Below, in pieces: positions 1-9,798 of a DNA stretch of 64,000 nucleotides. How positions within the stretch are numbered: the first letter of the stretch is position 1; every line of letters begins with the position of its first letter. The position numbers were made by a program, and so were the translations under genes. Origin of the DNA: Phycisphaerales bacterium (GTDB lineage Bacteria > Planctomycetota > Phycisphaerae > Phycisphaerales > UBA1924); contig OZ245777.1 in assembly GCA_965227775.1 (NCBI GenBank), positions 2,592,001 to 2,656,000 on the forward strand. Direction: 5' to 3'. The notes below the pieces were generated by a model, which searched no databases, was not told where the DNA came from, and saw only the letters and a program-made list of their open reading frames with translations.

Positions 1-253
1 AGAGCGCGGCCGCCAGGGGATCGGCCTGTTCGGCCAGCCGTTCGGCCTCACGCAACGGATGCCTTCCCGACGCCAGCAGCCGAGCCTTGCCATCCACCAC
101 GATCCTACACGTCGGCACCGTGTCAGAGGTCGGTTGGAATTCCGCGTCTTCCCGCGAGGTTGCTTCCATAACGGCGCGGGCCGTCGCCGGCGATGACTTC
201 GAGAGCGCGCGGAGATTGCGTTCGAGCAACTTTTCGTCGGCAGGCAGGGACAT
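1..253 (-). CDS. 5' part of a protein running off the window start; resembles N-terminus of motility-associated factor/DUF115 (MptE-like) proteins
   Basis: Open minus-strand frame from ATG 253: MSLPADEKLLERNLRALSKSSPATARAV...LLASGRHPLREAERLAEQ. The 'LERNLxAL' and 'SxxxPxREAER' pattern is typical of Maf/DUF115 N-termini. Not in the ORF track because it is truncated. Confidence 0.55.
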   Translation of the reverse strand, partial: MSLPADEKLLERNLRALSKSSPATARAVMEATSREDAEFQPTSDTVPTCRIVVDGKARLLASGRHPLREAERLAEQADPLAAAL

Positions 254-363
254 CAGCATCACTCCATGCGGCTCAGTCGTATCGCCATGCATCGGCGTTT
301 CCGGGGGATACGCTGGAGCCCCGACTCGCCCCAAGAGCCACGTCGGACCCGCGAGGAATACGC

Positions 364-1002
364 ATGAACGACCTGATCCAGGCACCCTCGATCCAGCCGC
401 TGCCTTCGCCTCCCTTGCTCGAGCGATTCTTGTTCGAGCAGCCCTTGCTGCCGGTGATCGTTCTTGCCGTGCTGGCGATCGTCGCGGCCATCGCGTTTGC
501 CCGCCTCGGCCAGCGCCGAAGGGGCGTTCTGGTGGCCAGCGTGCTGGCCGTGCTCGCAGGTGCCGTGTTCGCCACAGCCGCTCTCATCACGACCGAGCGG
601 GAACGCCTGCTCGAGCGGAGCGAGGAGCTGATCGGAGCTACCGCCGCCGTGGACACCACCGCGCTGGAGCGCATGCTTTCGGAAGATGCTCGCTTGCAAA
701 CCTCGGGCGACATCGAGCGTGTGCTGGCATCGATCGATGGCCGAGGCGAGATCATCGATCAGGCCCAATCCCGGCTGCGTCACCGCTTCCAGATCAACGA
801 GTGGCAAATCCTCGATCGCCAGGCCACCATCGACGGCCCGAACGTTGGTCGCACGCTCGTTCGCGTGGGCGTCGATTCGGACTCCTTCAGTCGCACCCAT
901 TACTCGTGGTGGCGGCTGCACTGGGAGCTGGACGCAGACGGGCAGTGGCGATGCTTCGAGATCGAGCCACGCTGGATCCAATTCGTCGGCTCGGCCCGCT
1001 AG
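364..1002 (+). CDS. Membrane protein with two N-terminal TM helices and an NTF2/SnoaL-like C-terminal domain
   Basis: ATG 364 follows GAGGA. Two hydrophobic stretches, then 'DTTALERMLSEDA...WRLHWELDADGQWRCFEI', typical of the NTF2-like fold. Confidence 0.6.
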   Translation: MNDLIQAPSIQPLPSPPLLERFLFEQPLLPVIVLAVLAIVAAIAFARLGQRRRGVLVASVLAVLAGAVFATAALITTERERLLERSEELIGATAAVDTTALERMLSEDARLQTSGDIERVLASIDGRGEIIDQAQSRLRHRFQINEWQILDRQATIDGPNVGRTLVRVGVDSDSFSRTHYSWWRLHWELDADGQWRCFEIEPRWIQFVGSAR

Positions 1003-1005
1003 CCA

Positions 1006-1863
1006 TCATCGAGTCGGAATCCGAACCAGCACGCTCCGCTGGGGTTGGGCGGCTGCTCCCTCGAGCCTCACCGTCCGCTGGGCGCCGTTGAGCAGGTTGT
1101 ACGGGAACTTCTCCTGCATGTCATAGAACGCGGCGCTCCGAAGCCCTGTCTGCGGGTTGACATCCTCAGCCCGAAACAGGCCGACCGTCACGCTGCTGAA
1201 GTTCGGGCCATGGAAGTAAAAGGCCTGCTCGCCCTCGCTCCGAAGCGTGGCAACGGCCCGCTCCGCCGCCCGCCGGGCCTCCTGACGCTCCGACTCGCTC
1301 GGTTGCCGCCCATCGCTGCGTCCATAGCTGCCGATCTGCAGCGTATAGGCGTATCCGGGTCCGTAGGTCTGGCTCACGTTCAGCAGGTCGTACTGAGGGT
1401 TCGAGCCCGCCCTGGGCTTGGGCGGAGTCAACAGCGCTTGCTCAAAGGGCTTGACGCCTCGCATCTCGATCGCTCGCAATCGCGCGAGCTCGGTGGCCGC
1501 ACTCGGATCATCAGGCCCATCGAAGCGCCCGTACGTCAGCACGATGGCCTCGCCGCGCTCCTCCAGGCGGGCGTCTGTCAGCCCCGCTTCCTGGGTCACG
1601 CGGCCGAGGGCGAATTGGGCTGCTTGCGGGGCTTCCTGACCGCGGAACGCCGCGAGCACGATCGTCCAGTCGCCTGACTCTCGGGCCGAGCTGCCACCGC
1701 CGAAGAGCTCCCGGCCCTCTTCAGGGTCGACACCGGCCGGCGATGGGCTCCCCCCGGCACACCCGGCGAGCGTCGCAAGCAGAACTCCCGTGAGCGCCCA
1801 AAAGAGGGCCGCCCCGTTGCTCAATACTTGTCCGACGCAGAATGCCGTACTTTTACCTATCAT
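1006..1863 (-). CDS. Putative lipoprotein, possibly with SPOR-like repeats
   Basis: Lipobox LAGC; two repeated units 'WTIVLAAF..' / 'YTLQIGSY..A.RAVATLRSEG..AF' resemble SPOR domains. Confidence 0.55.
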   Translation of the reverse strand: MIGKSTAFCVGQVLSNGAALFWALTGVLLATLAGCAGGSPSPAGVDPEEGRELFGGGSSARESGDWTIVLAAFRGQEAPQAAQFALGRVTQEAGLTDARLEERGEAIVLTYGRFDGPDDPSAATELARLRAIEMRGVKPFEQALLTPPKPRAGSNPQYDLLNVSQTYGPGYAYTLQIGSYGRSDGRQPSESERQEARRAAERAVATLRSEGEQAFYFHGPNFSSVTVGLFRAEDVNPQTGLRSAAFYDMQEKFPYNLLNGAQRTVRLEGAAAQPQRSVLVRIPTR

Positions 1864-2003
1864 TTGTCACCCTGTGCCCAAATTAATTTGCGATGATTCT
1901 CGCCCGCGGAGACCTGCCTAGGGACACTCTACGGCCTCTCGACCCCGCCTCACGAGTCTCCAGGGCCGACTTGAGACATTCTTGGCTACGGGGTCGATCT
2001 TTG

Positions 2004-2030
2004 TAGCGGTCGCATCGGCTCGGACGATAG
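2004..2030 (+). promoter_or_regulatory. Possible sigma-28 (FliA)-type promoter for flgM
   Basis: TAGC-N15-GACGATAG versus consensus TAAA-N15-GCCGATAA; spacing correct, match degenerate. Confidence 0.25.
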
Positions 2031-2230
2031 TGATGGCGTCCCAGGGATGGGGCATCGGACGGAGAGAGCGGTGGTGGAGCGGCGAGGGAACCGTCGCTCA
2101 AGCGTGAGGCAGGGATGTCGAGTTCGGGGGGCTGCGTCGCCTTCCGGCGCTTTGTCGTTGCCAGCCGCGAGGGAAGAGAGGGGTTGTTTCGTTAATGCGT
2201 ACGAGAGATTCAGTCCGGAGACCACACCCC

Positions 2231-2524
2231 ATGTCAGACATCGGCCACGTCCAATCAGGGGGCCACGCTCGCAACATCGAGCCCCGGCCGCTCAACCGTC
2301 CGGTTGCGGCTGACCAGCCAGGCCGCGAAGCGGGAAGCCCTCGACGCCAGCCAGATCGCGTCGATCTTTCCCCGCAGGCCCAAGCCGGCCGCGACGCCGG
2401 CGAGATCAGGGCAGACCTGGTCCTCCGCGTCCGTGAGGAGATCGTGCGCGGCGTGTACGAGACACCTGAGAAACTCGACTCGGCCGTATCAGCGATGATC
2501 AAGGACGCCAACGCAGCAAACTAA
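2231..2524 (+). CDS. flgM: Anti-sigma-28 factor FlgM
   Basis: 97 aa with 'DRVDLS...IRADLVLRVREEIVRGVYETPEKLD', the FlgM C-terminal signature; GGAG upstream of ATG 2231. Confidence 0.8.
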   Translation: MSDIGHVQSGGHARNIEPRPLNRPVAADQPGREAGSPRRQPDRVDLSPQAQAGRDAGEIRADLVLRVREEIVRGVYETPEKLDSAVSAMIKDANAAN

Positions 2525-2593
2525 GCGTTGAACGCCCGATTTCTCGGGCGTCAGGATTTGCGGATTGGAGAGAGAGCGCGGCGCTGCGATGCC

Positions 2594-3658
2594 TCACGGT
2601 GTCTCGGCGTCGTGCTTTTTCGCATCTTCATCCTGAAGAGGTGCCGGCGGATTGGCGAGCGCATCCATGGCACCGATGACCTGCGACACCGCCCGAGCGA
2701 ATCGAGCACGATCGATCGTCTCCACGGTGTCGTTGGCCGTGTGGTAGTTGGGGTTGCGGAAGTTGGCCGTGTCGGTCAGCATCGCACCCGGCCACCCGCG
2801 TAAGAGGAACTCGGCATGGTCCGACCGCATCAAGTCGGGAGGCGGCACAACGAAGAAATCGATCGCCAGCACGCCCGCCTCAGGCTCGGCTTCGAGCATC
2901 GCGGTCGCAAGGGCTTGCGTGAAGGGCTGGTGCCGCTTGACGCCAAGGATGGCGAGGAAGTCGCCGCGATCGGGCGGCTCGAACCCGCCTATTGGCGGCA
3001 GCGGCGAACGCTGGCTTCCGGGCTCGTCGCTGTAGTAGCCGAGCATCTCAAGCGAGATCGCTCCGTAAACCGTCATCTCGCCGCCGTCCACCGCGGGCCC
3101 GATGTGCTCGACCACATGCTGTCGCGCCCCGATGAGGCCGGTTTCTTCCAGCGTCGTGAACAGGAGGCGGATGCTCCGCTGCCTTGAACGCTCGCGCAGC
3201 AGTCGCGCGGCTTCGAGCAGCGCAACGACGCCCGTCCCGTTGTCGTCCGCCCCCGGGGACCCGAAGTACGCGTCCGTGTGCGCCATCGCGATGAGCCACT
3301 CGGAAGCCAGCTCGCCCTCACCTGGTAGATCGACCCAGATGTTCCGCGGCGTCGGAACGTCATCGGGCGTAATCCTCGCCAGTCGCTCCGGCAGGGGCAC
3401 GTCCTGGGTCTCGGGGGCGTAGCCCAACATTCGCAGCTTCTGAATCACGAGCTCTTCGGTTTGCCGCAGGCCCTCGGCATCTTCTGGAGAGCGATATCCC
3501 GCACGCTCCGTGGGTAGCTCGGCAAGCAGGGCCATCACAGCGTCAGTCTCGACCTCGTGCCAGCGCAACTGGGCAGGCGGGGCGTCTTGAGCCGGAACAG
3601 CTCCGAAAGCGAGCAGGGCGAACCCAAGAGTGCAGCCAATCGCGAGAGCTCGGTTCAT
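2594..3658 (-). CDS. Secreted M28 family metallopeptidase
   Basis: Signal peptide; motifs AHTD, PGADDNGTG, EETGL, SLEMLG, RSDH, NYHT. Confidence 0.9.
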   Translation of the reverse strand: MNRALAIGCTLGFALLAFGAVPAQDAPPAQLRWHEVETDAVMALLAELPTERAGYRSPEDAEGLRQTEELVIQKLRMLGYAPETQDVPLPERLARITPDDVPTPRNIWVDLPGEGELASEWLIAMAHTDAYFGSPGADDNGTGVVALLEAARLLRERSRQRSIRLLFTTLEETGLIGARQHVVEHIGPAVDGGEMTVYGAISLEMLGYYSDEPGSQRSPLPPIGGFEPPDRGDFLAILGVKRHQPFTQALATAMLEAEPEAGVLAIDFFVVPPPDLMRSDHAEFLLRGWPGAMLTDTANFRNPNYHTANDTVETIDRARFARAVSQVIGAMDALANPPAPLQDEDAKKHDAETP

Positions 3659-3797
3659 AGGTGGCGCCTCCTAGCGGAATCACGATGTCTTCGGACCTTG
3701 GCGACCCGAAAAGTGCGCAATCTCGCGGCGATCCTCTGGCAATGGGCCGAAGCCCTAGCCCACCCATCGTAGAATCTGCAGTCACACGGAGGATTCG

Positions 3798-5303
3798 ATG
3801 CTCAGACTCGGCTTCAAGGCTGCCATACTCCTGATTCTGACTCTCGCGGCTCCCGCGACTGCGCAGCTGCGCGTCACGACCTGGAACCTCACGAACTTCA
3901 ATGGCACCGATGCGGACCGCAACGCGGCCCTTCGCACAGCGCTGTTCGACGAGTTCGATGGGCGGTCCCTCCGACCGGACGTCCTGGTATTTCAGGAGAT
4001 CACCGGCGCTTCGGCGGCAAACCTGTTGCCACCCATCCTGAACGCTGACCCCCGCGGCGGCCAAGACTGGGCACTCGCGGCGTTCATCGACGGCCCTACG
4101 ACCGACAGTGCGCTGGCATACCGCACGTCGCGCGTCTCTATTCGCGACGTCGTTGTCGCATCGCCCGGCGGTAGCTCGCCGCGGCCGCCGCGCAACACCA
4201 TGCGGTACGACCTCGCAATCGCCGGCTATGACACGCCCGTGCTCAGCATCTATAGCACGCACATGAAGGCAGGCACCTCGGGCACCGACCGCGACCGTCG
4301 CGAAGCAGAAGCCCAGGCCATTCGCGACGATGCAGAAGACCTACCCGAAGGCACGCACATCATGCTGCTCGGCGACCTGAACATCCGCAGCTCGAGTGAA
4401 GAGGCATACGAGTTCCTGATCGAGAACCAGCCAGACAACAATGGTCGGTTCTTTGACCCGATTGCCAGCCCGGGCTCGTGGAACGACAGCTCGCTGTTCC
4501 GCTTCTTACACACGCAAGATCCGGTGTCACAAATGGACGACCGTTTCGACTTCATCCTGGTGAACGATGACCTGTTCGACGGCGACGGAATCGAGTACGT
4601 TGGTGACGTGTCGCGAGCCTTCAGTCGCAGCACGTTCAACGACCCTAATCACAGCTACCGCACTTGGGGCAACGATGGCACGAGCTTCGACGACCCGATC
4701 AGCCTGAGCAACGACATGGTCGGCCCGATCATTGCCCGCGCACTGCGCGATGCGCCAGGCGGTTCGCTCGGGCACCTCCCGGTTTTTGTCGATCTGCTGG
4801 TGCCCGCCAAGATCGGTACACTCGCGTCCCTGAACTTTGGCGAGGTGGAGGTCGGTGAGGAAGTCACGCTCGACCTACCTGTCGGAAATCTCGGGAGCCT
4901 TGGGCTGTGGAGCGCTCAAGGCATCCAGCCGCTGCGATTCACGGTTGTCGCGCCATCGCCCTTCAGCACACCGCTCGATCTGTTCGAGGTTCCCGCTGGG
5001 TCGCCGACGGAGTTCGTGCCCATCACGCTCCAAGCAACGACTGCCGGCGACCTTGATACGGAACTCCGGGTCGTCAGCAACGACCCGGACCGGACCGAGG
5101 CGATCGTCCGACTCACGGCGACAGTCGTGGCTAGCGCGTGCCGGGCTGATTTCGACGGCAACGGCCGCTTGGATATCTTCGATTTCCTCGCGTTCCAGAA
5201 CGCGTTCGCCAGCGGGGACCTCGCCGCCGACTTTGACGGCGACGGAGCGTTGACGCTGTTCGACTTCCTGGCCTTCCAGAATGAGTTCGGAGCTGGTTGT
5301 TAA
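3798..5303 (+). CDS. Secreted endonuclease/exonuclease/phosphatase-family protein with Ig-like (ASH/choice-of-anchor D-like) domain and C-terminal dockerin-GC module
   Basis: Signal peptide; TWN, QE, H-x-K, GDLN, DFIL, GHLPV motifs; 'LNFGEVEVG...SNDPD' Ig-like domain; C-terminus CRADFDGNG...FQNEFGAGC. Confidence 0.85.
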   Translation: MLRLGFKAAILLILTLAAPATAQLRVTTWNLTNFNGTDADRNAALRTALFDEFDGRSLRPDVLVFQEITGASAANLLPPILNADPRGGQDWALAAFIDGPTTDSALAYRTSRVSIRDVVVASPGGSSPRPPRNTMRYDLAIAGYDTPVLSIYSTHMKAGTSGTDRDRREAEAQAIRDDAEDLPEGTHIMLLGDLNIRSSSEEAYEFLIENQPDNNGRFFDPIASPGSWNDSSLFRFLHTQDPVSQMDDRFDFILVNDDLFDGDGIEYVGDVSRAFSRSTFNDPNHSYRTWGNDGTSFDDPISLSNDMVGPIIARALRDAPGGSLGHLPVFVDLLVPAKIGTLASLNFGEVEVGEEVTLDLPVGNLGSLGLWSAQGIQPLRFTVVAPSPFSTPLDLFEVPAGSPTEFVPITLQATTAGDLDTELRVVSNDPDRTEAIVRLTATVVASACRADFDGNGRLDIFDFLAFQNAFASGDLAADFDGDGALTLFDFLAFQNEFGAGC

Positions 5304-8300
5304 GAACTTGCAGTCGCGGCAGTTCCGCCCTTGAAGATCCGCCGGATCAGCCCGTACAGCACCGGGATGAACAGCACGCCCACGGCGGTCGCCAGTACCA
5401 TGCCGCCGAAGACGGCGGTACCGATGGCCTGGCGGCTGTTGGCGCCGGCGCCGCTGGCAATCAGCAGTGGGGCCGTGCCCAGCACAAACGACAGAGCGGT
5501 CATGAGGATGGGCCGCAGGCGCAGCTTGCTCGCCTCGACCGTGGCTTCAGCGACGGGCTTGCCGGGACTCTTGCCATCGCCCTTGCGGACCTGCTCTGCG
5601 AATTCCACAACAAGGATGGCGTTCTTGCACACGAGCGCGACGAGCAGGACCAGGCCGATCTGCGTGTAGACGTTGTTGTCCATGCCGCGCAGCACCGTGG
5701 CGGCGAGCGCCCCGAGAATACCGATCGGGATCGTCGCCATGATCGTGATCGGCAGGATCCAACTCTCGTACTGAGCCGCGAGGAACAGGTAGACAAAAAC
5801 GATCGCAAGCCCAAACACGATGGGCGCGAGGTTGCCGGCCTCCTTTTGCTGGAAGGCCGTGCCGGTCCACTCATAGCCGAAGCCCGATGGCAACGTGGCA
5901 CTTGTCAGAGCTTCCATCTCAGCCATTGCTTGCCCAGTGCTCACACCTGCGGCGGGGTCAGCAGAGATCTTGGCCGACGGATATAGGTTGTAGCGATAGA
6001 GTGTCGAAGGACCAACCGTCTCGCGTAGCTCAGCGACCGAAGACAACGGCAGCGTGGCGCCATCTCGGTTGCGCACTTGGAGCAGCAGCACGTCTCCAGG
6101 ATCCTGCCGGAAAGCCGGCTCGCTCTGGACGCGGACCTGGTAGGTACGGCCGAACGCGTTGAAGTCGTTGACGTACGCAGAGCCCATGTTCCCAGAGAGC
6201 GTCGTAAAGATCGTCTCGAGTGATACGCCCGAACGCTGAGCTTTTGTCCGATCGAGGTCAAGGAACAACTGGGGAGTCTGTGCGCTGTAGCCCGTGAATA
6301 CGTTCTGGAGACGACCTGACTCACTCGACCGCGCGATCACATCACCTGAGACGGTCTCCAGCACATCCAAACCTGCGCTGGCGCGGTCCTGGATCTGGAT
6401 CTCAAACCCACCGGAAGTACCCAGTCCAGGAATAGCTGGCGGCTGAAATGGGAACACGACCGCTTCGGGGATGGCCATGAGGCGCGGCGTCAGCCCCGCA
6501 AGCAAGCCCTCGATTCGTAGTTCTGCAGTCTCACGGTCTTCCCAAGGTTCCAGAAGCACGATCGCGGTGCCGCTATTCGGCTCGTTCGCGTTGGTGAGCA
6601 ACGAGTACCCACCGATGGTGACCACACCGGCAACACCCGGCGTAGCCTGGATCTCTGCCTCAACCTTCTTGATCACTTCATCCGTGCGCGCAACCTTAGC
6701 AGCCGGCGGCAGGCCAATGTTCACGAAGAATGCTTTTTGATCTTCGAGTGGGATGAAGCCGGTCGGCGTCGTCTTCAAGAAGAAGATCACGCCAACTACC
6801 ATGCCCGCAAACGCGATGAGTGCCAACAGGGACAGCCGCAATGCCTTGCCCACGAGCCAGCCATAGGACGTGATCAGCCGATCCATCACCGCGTTGAATG
6901 CGCGGAAAGCGACAAACTGCTTTCCGGAACGCTTGTGCAACAAGACGCCGCACAGTGCGGGACTCAGCGTAAGGGCGTTGATGCTCGAAAGCACGGTGGC
7001 GACCGAAAGCGTGACGCCAAACTGGCGGTACAACTCGCCCGTGATTCCGGGGAGGATCGAAGTGGGCACGAATACCGCGAGTAGCACGAGCGTGGTCGCG
7101 ATAACCGGTCCGGTGATCTCCTGCATTGACTTGCGTGCCGCGTCCTTGGCCCCAAGACCCTCCTCTTCGACGAGGCGCGACGTGTTCTCTACAACTACGA
7201 TCGCATCGTCGACCACGATACCAATTGCGAGCACGAGGCCGAAGAGCGTCAGCATGTTCATGCTGTAGCCAAGACCCAGTAGCACTGCGAGCGTGCCGAT
7301 GATCGAGACCGGAATTGCCGCGCCGGGGATCAGCGTCGCCCGGAAGTCCTGCAGGAACACGAAGACCGTCACGAACACGAGCGCCGAAGCGATGATCAGC
7401 GTGACGATCACTTCCTTGATCGATGCGCCCACAAAGTCGGTGAAGTCATAGAAGACCGGTGCTTCGAATCCCTCGGGGAAGTCGACCGAGAGCTCGTCCA
7501 GTGCATCACGTACGCCCTGGGAGACATCGAGCGCGTTCGATCCCGGCAGTTGGTACATGCCGATGACCGGGGCCTCCATGCCGTTGAATCGTGCAAAGCT
7601 GTCGTAGCTCTGGCTGCCGAGCTCGAGGCGAGCGACATCACGCAAACGGATCTCACGCCGATCCTCGCCGATGCGCAAAATAACCTCACCGAATTCCTCG
7701 GCAGTTTGCAGACGTCCCTGCGTGGTGATCGTAAGTTGGAACCCGGAGTCGTCGGCAGTCGGGCGCTGACCGATCTTGCCGGCGGCGACCTGCACATTCT
7801 GCTCGCGCAGCGAGGCGATCACCTCCGACGTCGTTAGGTCTCGGGCGGCCAGGCGCTCGGGGTCGAGCCAGACACGCATGGCGTAGTCCTGGGCGCCGAA
7901 CACGGTGACCGAACCGACGCCGGGCACGCGCGCGAGACGATCGACCATAAAGATGCGAGCATAGTTGCTCAAGTACAATTGGTCGAAGCGGCCGTCGGGG
8001 GAGTGCGGTGCAACGAGCATCAGCAAGCTGGTCGATTGCTTGTCCGTACTGATGCCCTGCGAGCGCACGGCCTCGGGCAGTCGCGGCTCTGCGGCGGCTA
8101 CCCGGTTTTGAATGCGAACGGCGGCCATATCAACATCTGCGCCGACCCGAAGCGTCACGGTTAACGTGTAGGAACCGTCATCGGCCGAGATAGAAGACAT
8201 GTAGATCATGTCTTCAACACCGTTGACCTGCTGTTCAATCGGAGCGGCAACCGTTTCGGCGACGGTCTTGGCGTCGGCGCCCGGATAACTCGCCGTAACT

Positions 8301-8434
8301 CGAACCGTGGGCGGTGCCACTTCTGGATACTGCTCAATTGGCAGCACAACCGTGGAAAGCCCGCCAGCAAGGACCATCACGATGGCGACCACGGCGGCGA
8401 AGATCGGTCGATCGATGCAGAACTTCGAGATCAC
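5300..8434 (-). CDS. RND efflux transporter permease (HAE1/AcrB family)
   Basis: 1044 aa; MISKFCIDRPIFA, GIVVDDAIVVVEN, RLRPILMT motifs. Confidence 0.95.
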   Translation of the reverse strand: MISKFCIDRPIFAAVVAIVMVLAGGLSTVVLPIEQYPEVAPPTVRVTASYPGADAKTVAETVAAPIEQQVNGVEDMIYMSSISADDGSYTLTVTLRVGADVDMAAVRIQNRVAAAEPRLPEAVRSQGISTDKQSTSLLMLVAPHSPDGRFDQLYLSNYARIFMVDRLARVPGVGSVTVFGAQDYAMRVWLDPERLAARDLTTSEVIASLREQNVQVAAGKIGQRPTADDSGFQLTITTQGRLQTAEEFGEVILRIGEDRREIRLRDVARLELGSQSYDSFARFNGMEAPVIGMYQLPGSNALDVSQGVRDALDELSVDFPEGFEAPVFYDFTDFVGASIKEVIVTLIIASALVFVTVFVFLQDFRATLIPGAAIPVSIIGTLAVLLGLGYSMNMLTLFGLVLAIGIVVDDAIVVVENTSRLVEEEGLGAKDAARKSMQEITGPVIATTLVLLAVFVPTSILPGITGELYRQFGVTLSVATVLSSINALTLSPALCGVLLHKRSGKQFVAFRAFNAVMDRLITSYGWLVGKALRLSLLALIAFAGMVVGVIFFLKTTPTGFIPLEDQKAFFVNIGLPPAAKVARTDEVIKKVEAEIQATPGVAGVVTIGGYSLLTNANEPNSGTAIVLLEPWEDRETAELRIEGLLAGLTPRLMAIPEAVVFPFQPPAIPGLGTSGGFEIQIQDRASAGLDVLETVSGDVIARSSESGRLQNVFTGYSAQTPQLFLDLDRTKAQRSGVSLETIFTTLSGNMGSAYVNDFNAFGRTYQVRVQSEPAFRQDPGDVLLLQVRNRDGATLPLSSVAELRETVGPSTLYRYNLYPSAKISADPAAGVSTGQAMAEMEALTSATLPSGFGYEWTGTAFQQKEAGNLAPIVFGLAIVFVYLFLAAQYESWILPITIMATIPIGILGALAATVLRGMDNNVYTQIGLVLLVALVCKNAILVVEFAEQVRKGDGKSPGKPVAEATVEASKLRLRPILMTALSFVLGTAPLLIASGAGANSRQAIGTAVFGGMVLATAVGVLFIPVLYGLIRRIFKGGTAATASS

Positions 8435-9681
8435 GAGGCGGGCTCCGGCTCTGCGGTCTCGGTGTCCTGCGCAGCGGGCGCATCTGGAACAACCGGCGAT
8501 TGGCCGAACGGCGTCGGAGTCACCGGTGCACCCGGACGGGCTTTTTGCAGGCCTCGCACGATGTATGTCTCGCCCGGCTCGAGGCCTGTGAGGACGACGA
8601 TCGTGCCATCATCCTGCCGCTCGCCCAATTCAACCGGGCGGCGTTCGACAACGTTGCCTTCTCCAACGATCAGCAGAAACTTGCCCTCGAGACCGGTTCC
8701 GACCGCCTCCTCGAACACACACAGCGCGTCGTCGCGCTCCTGCCACGGCACGCGAATGCGAGCAAAAAGGCCCGGGTATAGCTTGCCGGTCGGGTTGTCG
8801 AGTGCGGCCCGCACGAGCAGTGTGCCCGTCGATCCGTCGAGCTGGTTGTCCACGAAGTCGACGCGGCCCGCGTGCGGGTAGTTCGTTTCGTCGGCGAGCG
8901 CGAGCTCGATGGGTGGATAGGCCTCACCGGCCCGGCCGTCGTTGCCAACCGACAGGTACTGCAGTGCGATGGCTTCGCTCACATCGAAGCTGACGTGGAT
9001 GGGGTCCATCGTGACGACGGTGGCCAAGAGCGTGGCCTCACCCCCGCCGGCAAGCTGAGCACCGACCAGGTTGCCGCGATCCACAAAGTGGCGGTCGATT
9101 CGGCCTGAGATGGGCGAGGTAACATCGGTGTACGAGAGATCGAGTTCCGCAGCCTTGAGCGCTTCTTGCTGTGCGAGCACATCGGCCTGGGCCTGCTTGA
9201 GCTTGGCTCTTTCCTCGAACAACTCGAGTTCATTGGCCGCACCGCTCTCGAATGCCTTCTCGAGCCGCTGCACACGCACATCAGCCAAGGCCTGGGCGGC
9301 CTCGGCCCGTTCGAGTGCAGCCGTGGCCTGTCCGACGGCCAGCTCGTACGGCTCCTTCTCGATGGTGAAGAGCACGTCGCCTTCAGAGACGTTGCTGCTC
9401 TCCTGGAAGTGGATCGTCTCGAGTTCCCCGCCCACTCGGGCGCGGATCTGTACGAAGTCCACTGGTTCGAGCGTACCTGTGTAGAAGAAGTACTCGGTAA
9501 TCGTGCGCTGCGTCGGCGAAGCTACCTCAACCGTGGGCGGAGGGGGTGGCTGCGACGCTTCGGAGCGATCGCAGCCGCTAGCCATGGATAACGCGATGGA
9601 CGCGGTCGCGACGGCGGCGCTGGCTACCAGTGCTCGGTACGCACCAGATTTACGCACCCCACGAGTGATTGGTTGTATCAC
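8431..9681 (-). CDS. RND efflux periplasmic adaptor (AcrA/MexE-like MFP)
   Basis: Lipobox-like ASGC, lipoyl/hairpin motifs 'SPISGRI', 'GRVDFVDNQLDGSTGT'; 4-nt overlap with the permease. Confidence 0.92.
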   Translation of the reverse strand: MIQPITRGVRKSGAYRALVASAAVATASIALSMASGCDRSEASQPPPPPTVEVASPTQRTITEYFFYTGTLEPVDFVQIRARVGGELETIHFQESSNVSEGDVLFTIEKEPYELAVGQATAALERAEAAQALADVRVQRLEKAFESGAANELELFEERAKLKQAQADVLAQQEALKAAELDLSYTDVTSPISGRIDRHFVDRGNLVGAQLAGGGEATLLATVVTMDPIHVSFDVSEAIALQYLSVGNDGRAGEAYPPIELALADETNYPHAGRVDFVDNQLDGSTGTLLVRAALDNPTGKLYPGLFARIRVPWQERDDALCVFEEAVGTGLEGKFLLIVGEGNVVERRPVELGERQDDGTIVVLTGLEPGETYIVRGLQKARPGAPVTPTPFGQSPVVPDAPAAQDTETAEPEPAS

Positions 9682-9753
9682 GGGTGTCCCCTTGCCGGTG
9701 GGCGATCAGCATGGATCGAGGTCGATGCTAGCCACTCGCTTGATCGGGCATTG

Positions 9754-9775
9754 AAAAACCCGCTTGCAAGCGGGT
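9754..9775 (-). terminator. Intrinsic terminator after heme oxygenase gene
   Basis: Perfect palindrome ACCCGCTTGCAAGCGGGT followed by TTTT on the minus strand. Confidence 0.7.
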
Positions 9776-9798
9776 CTCCAAAGACTCTATGGATCACG

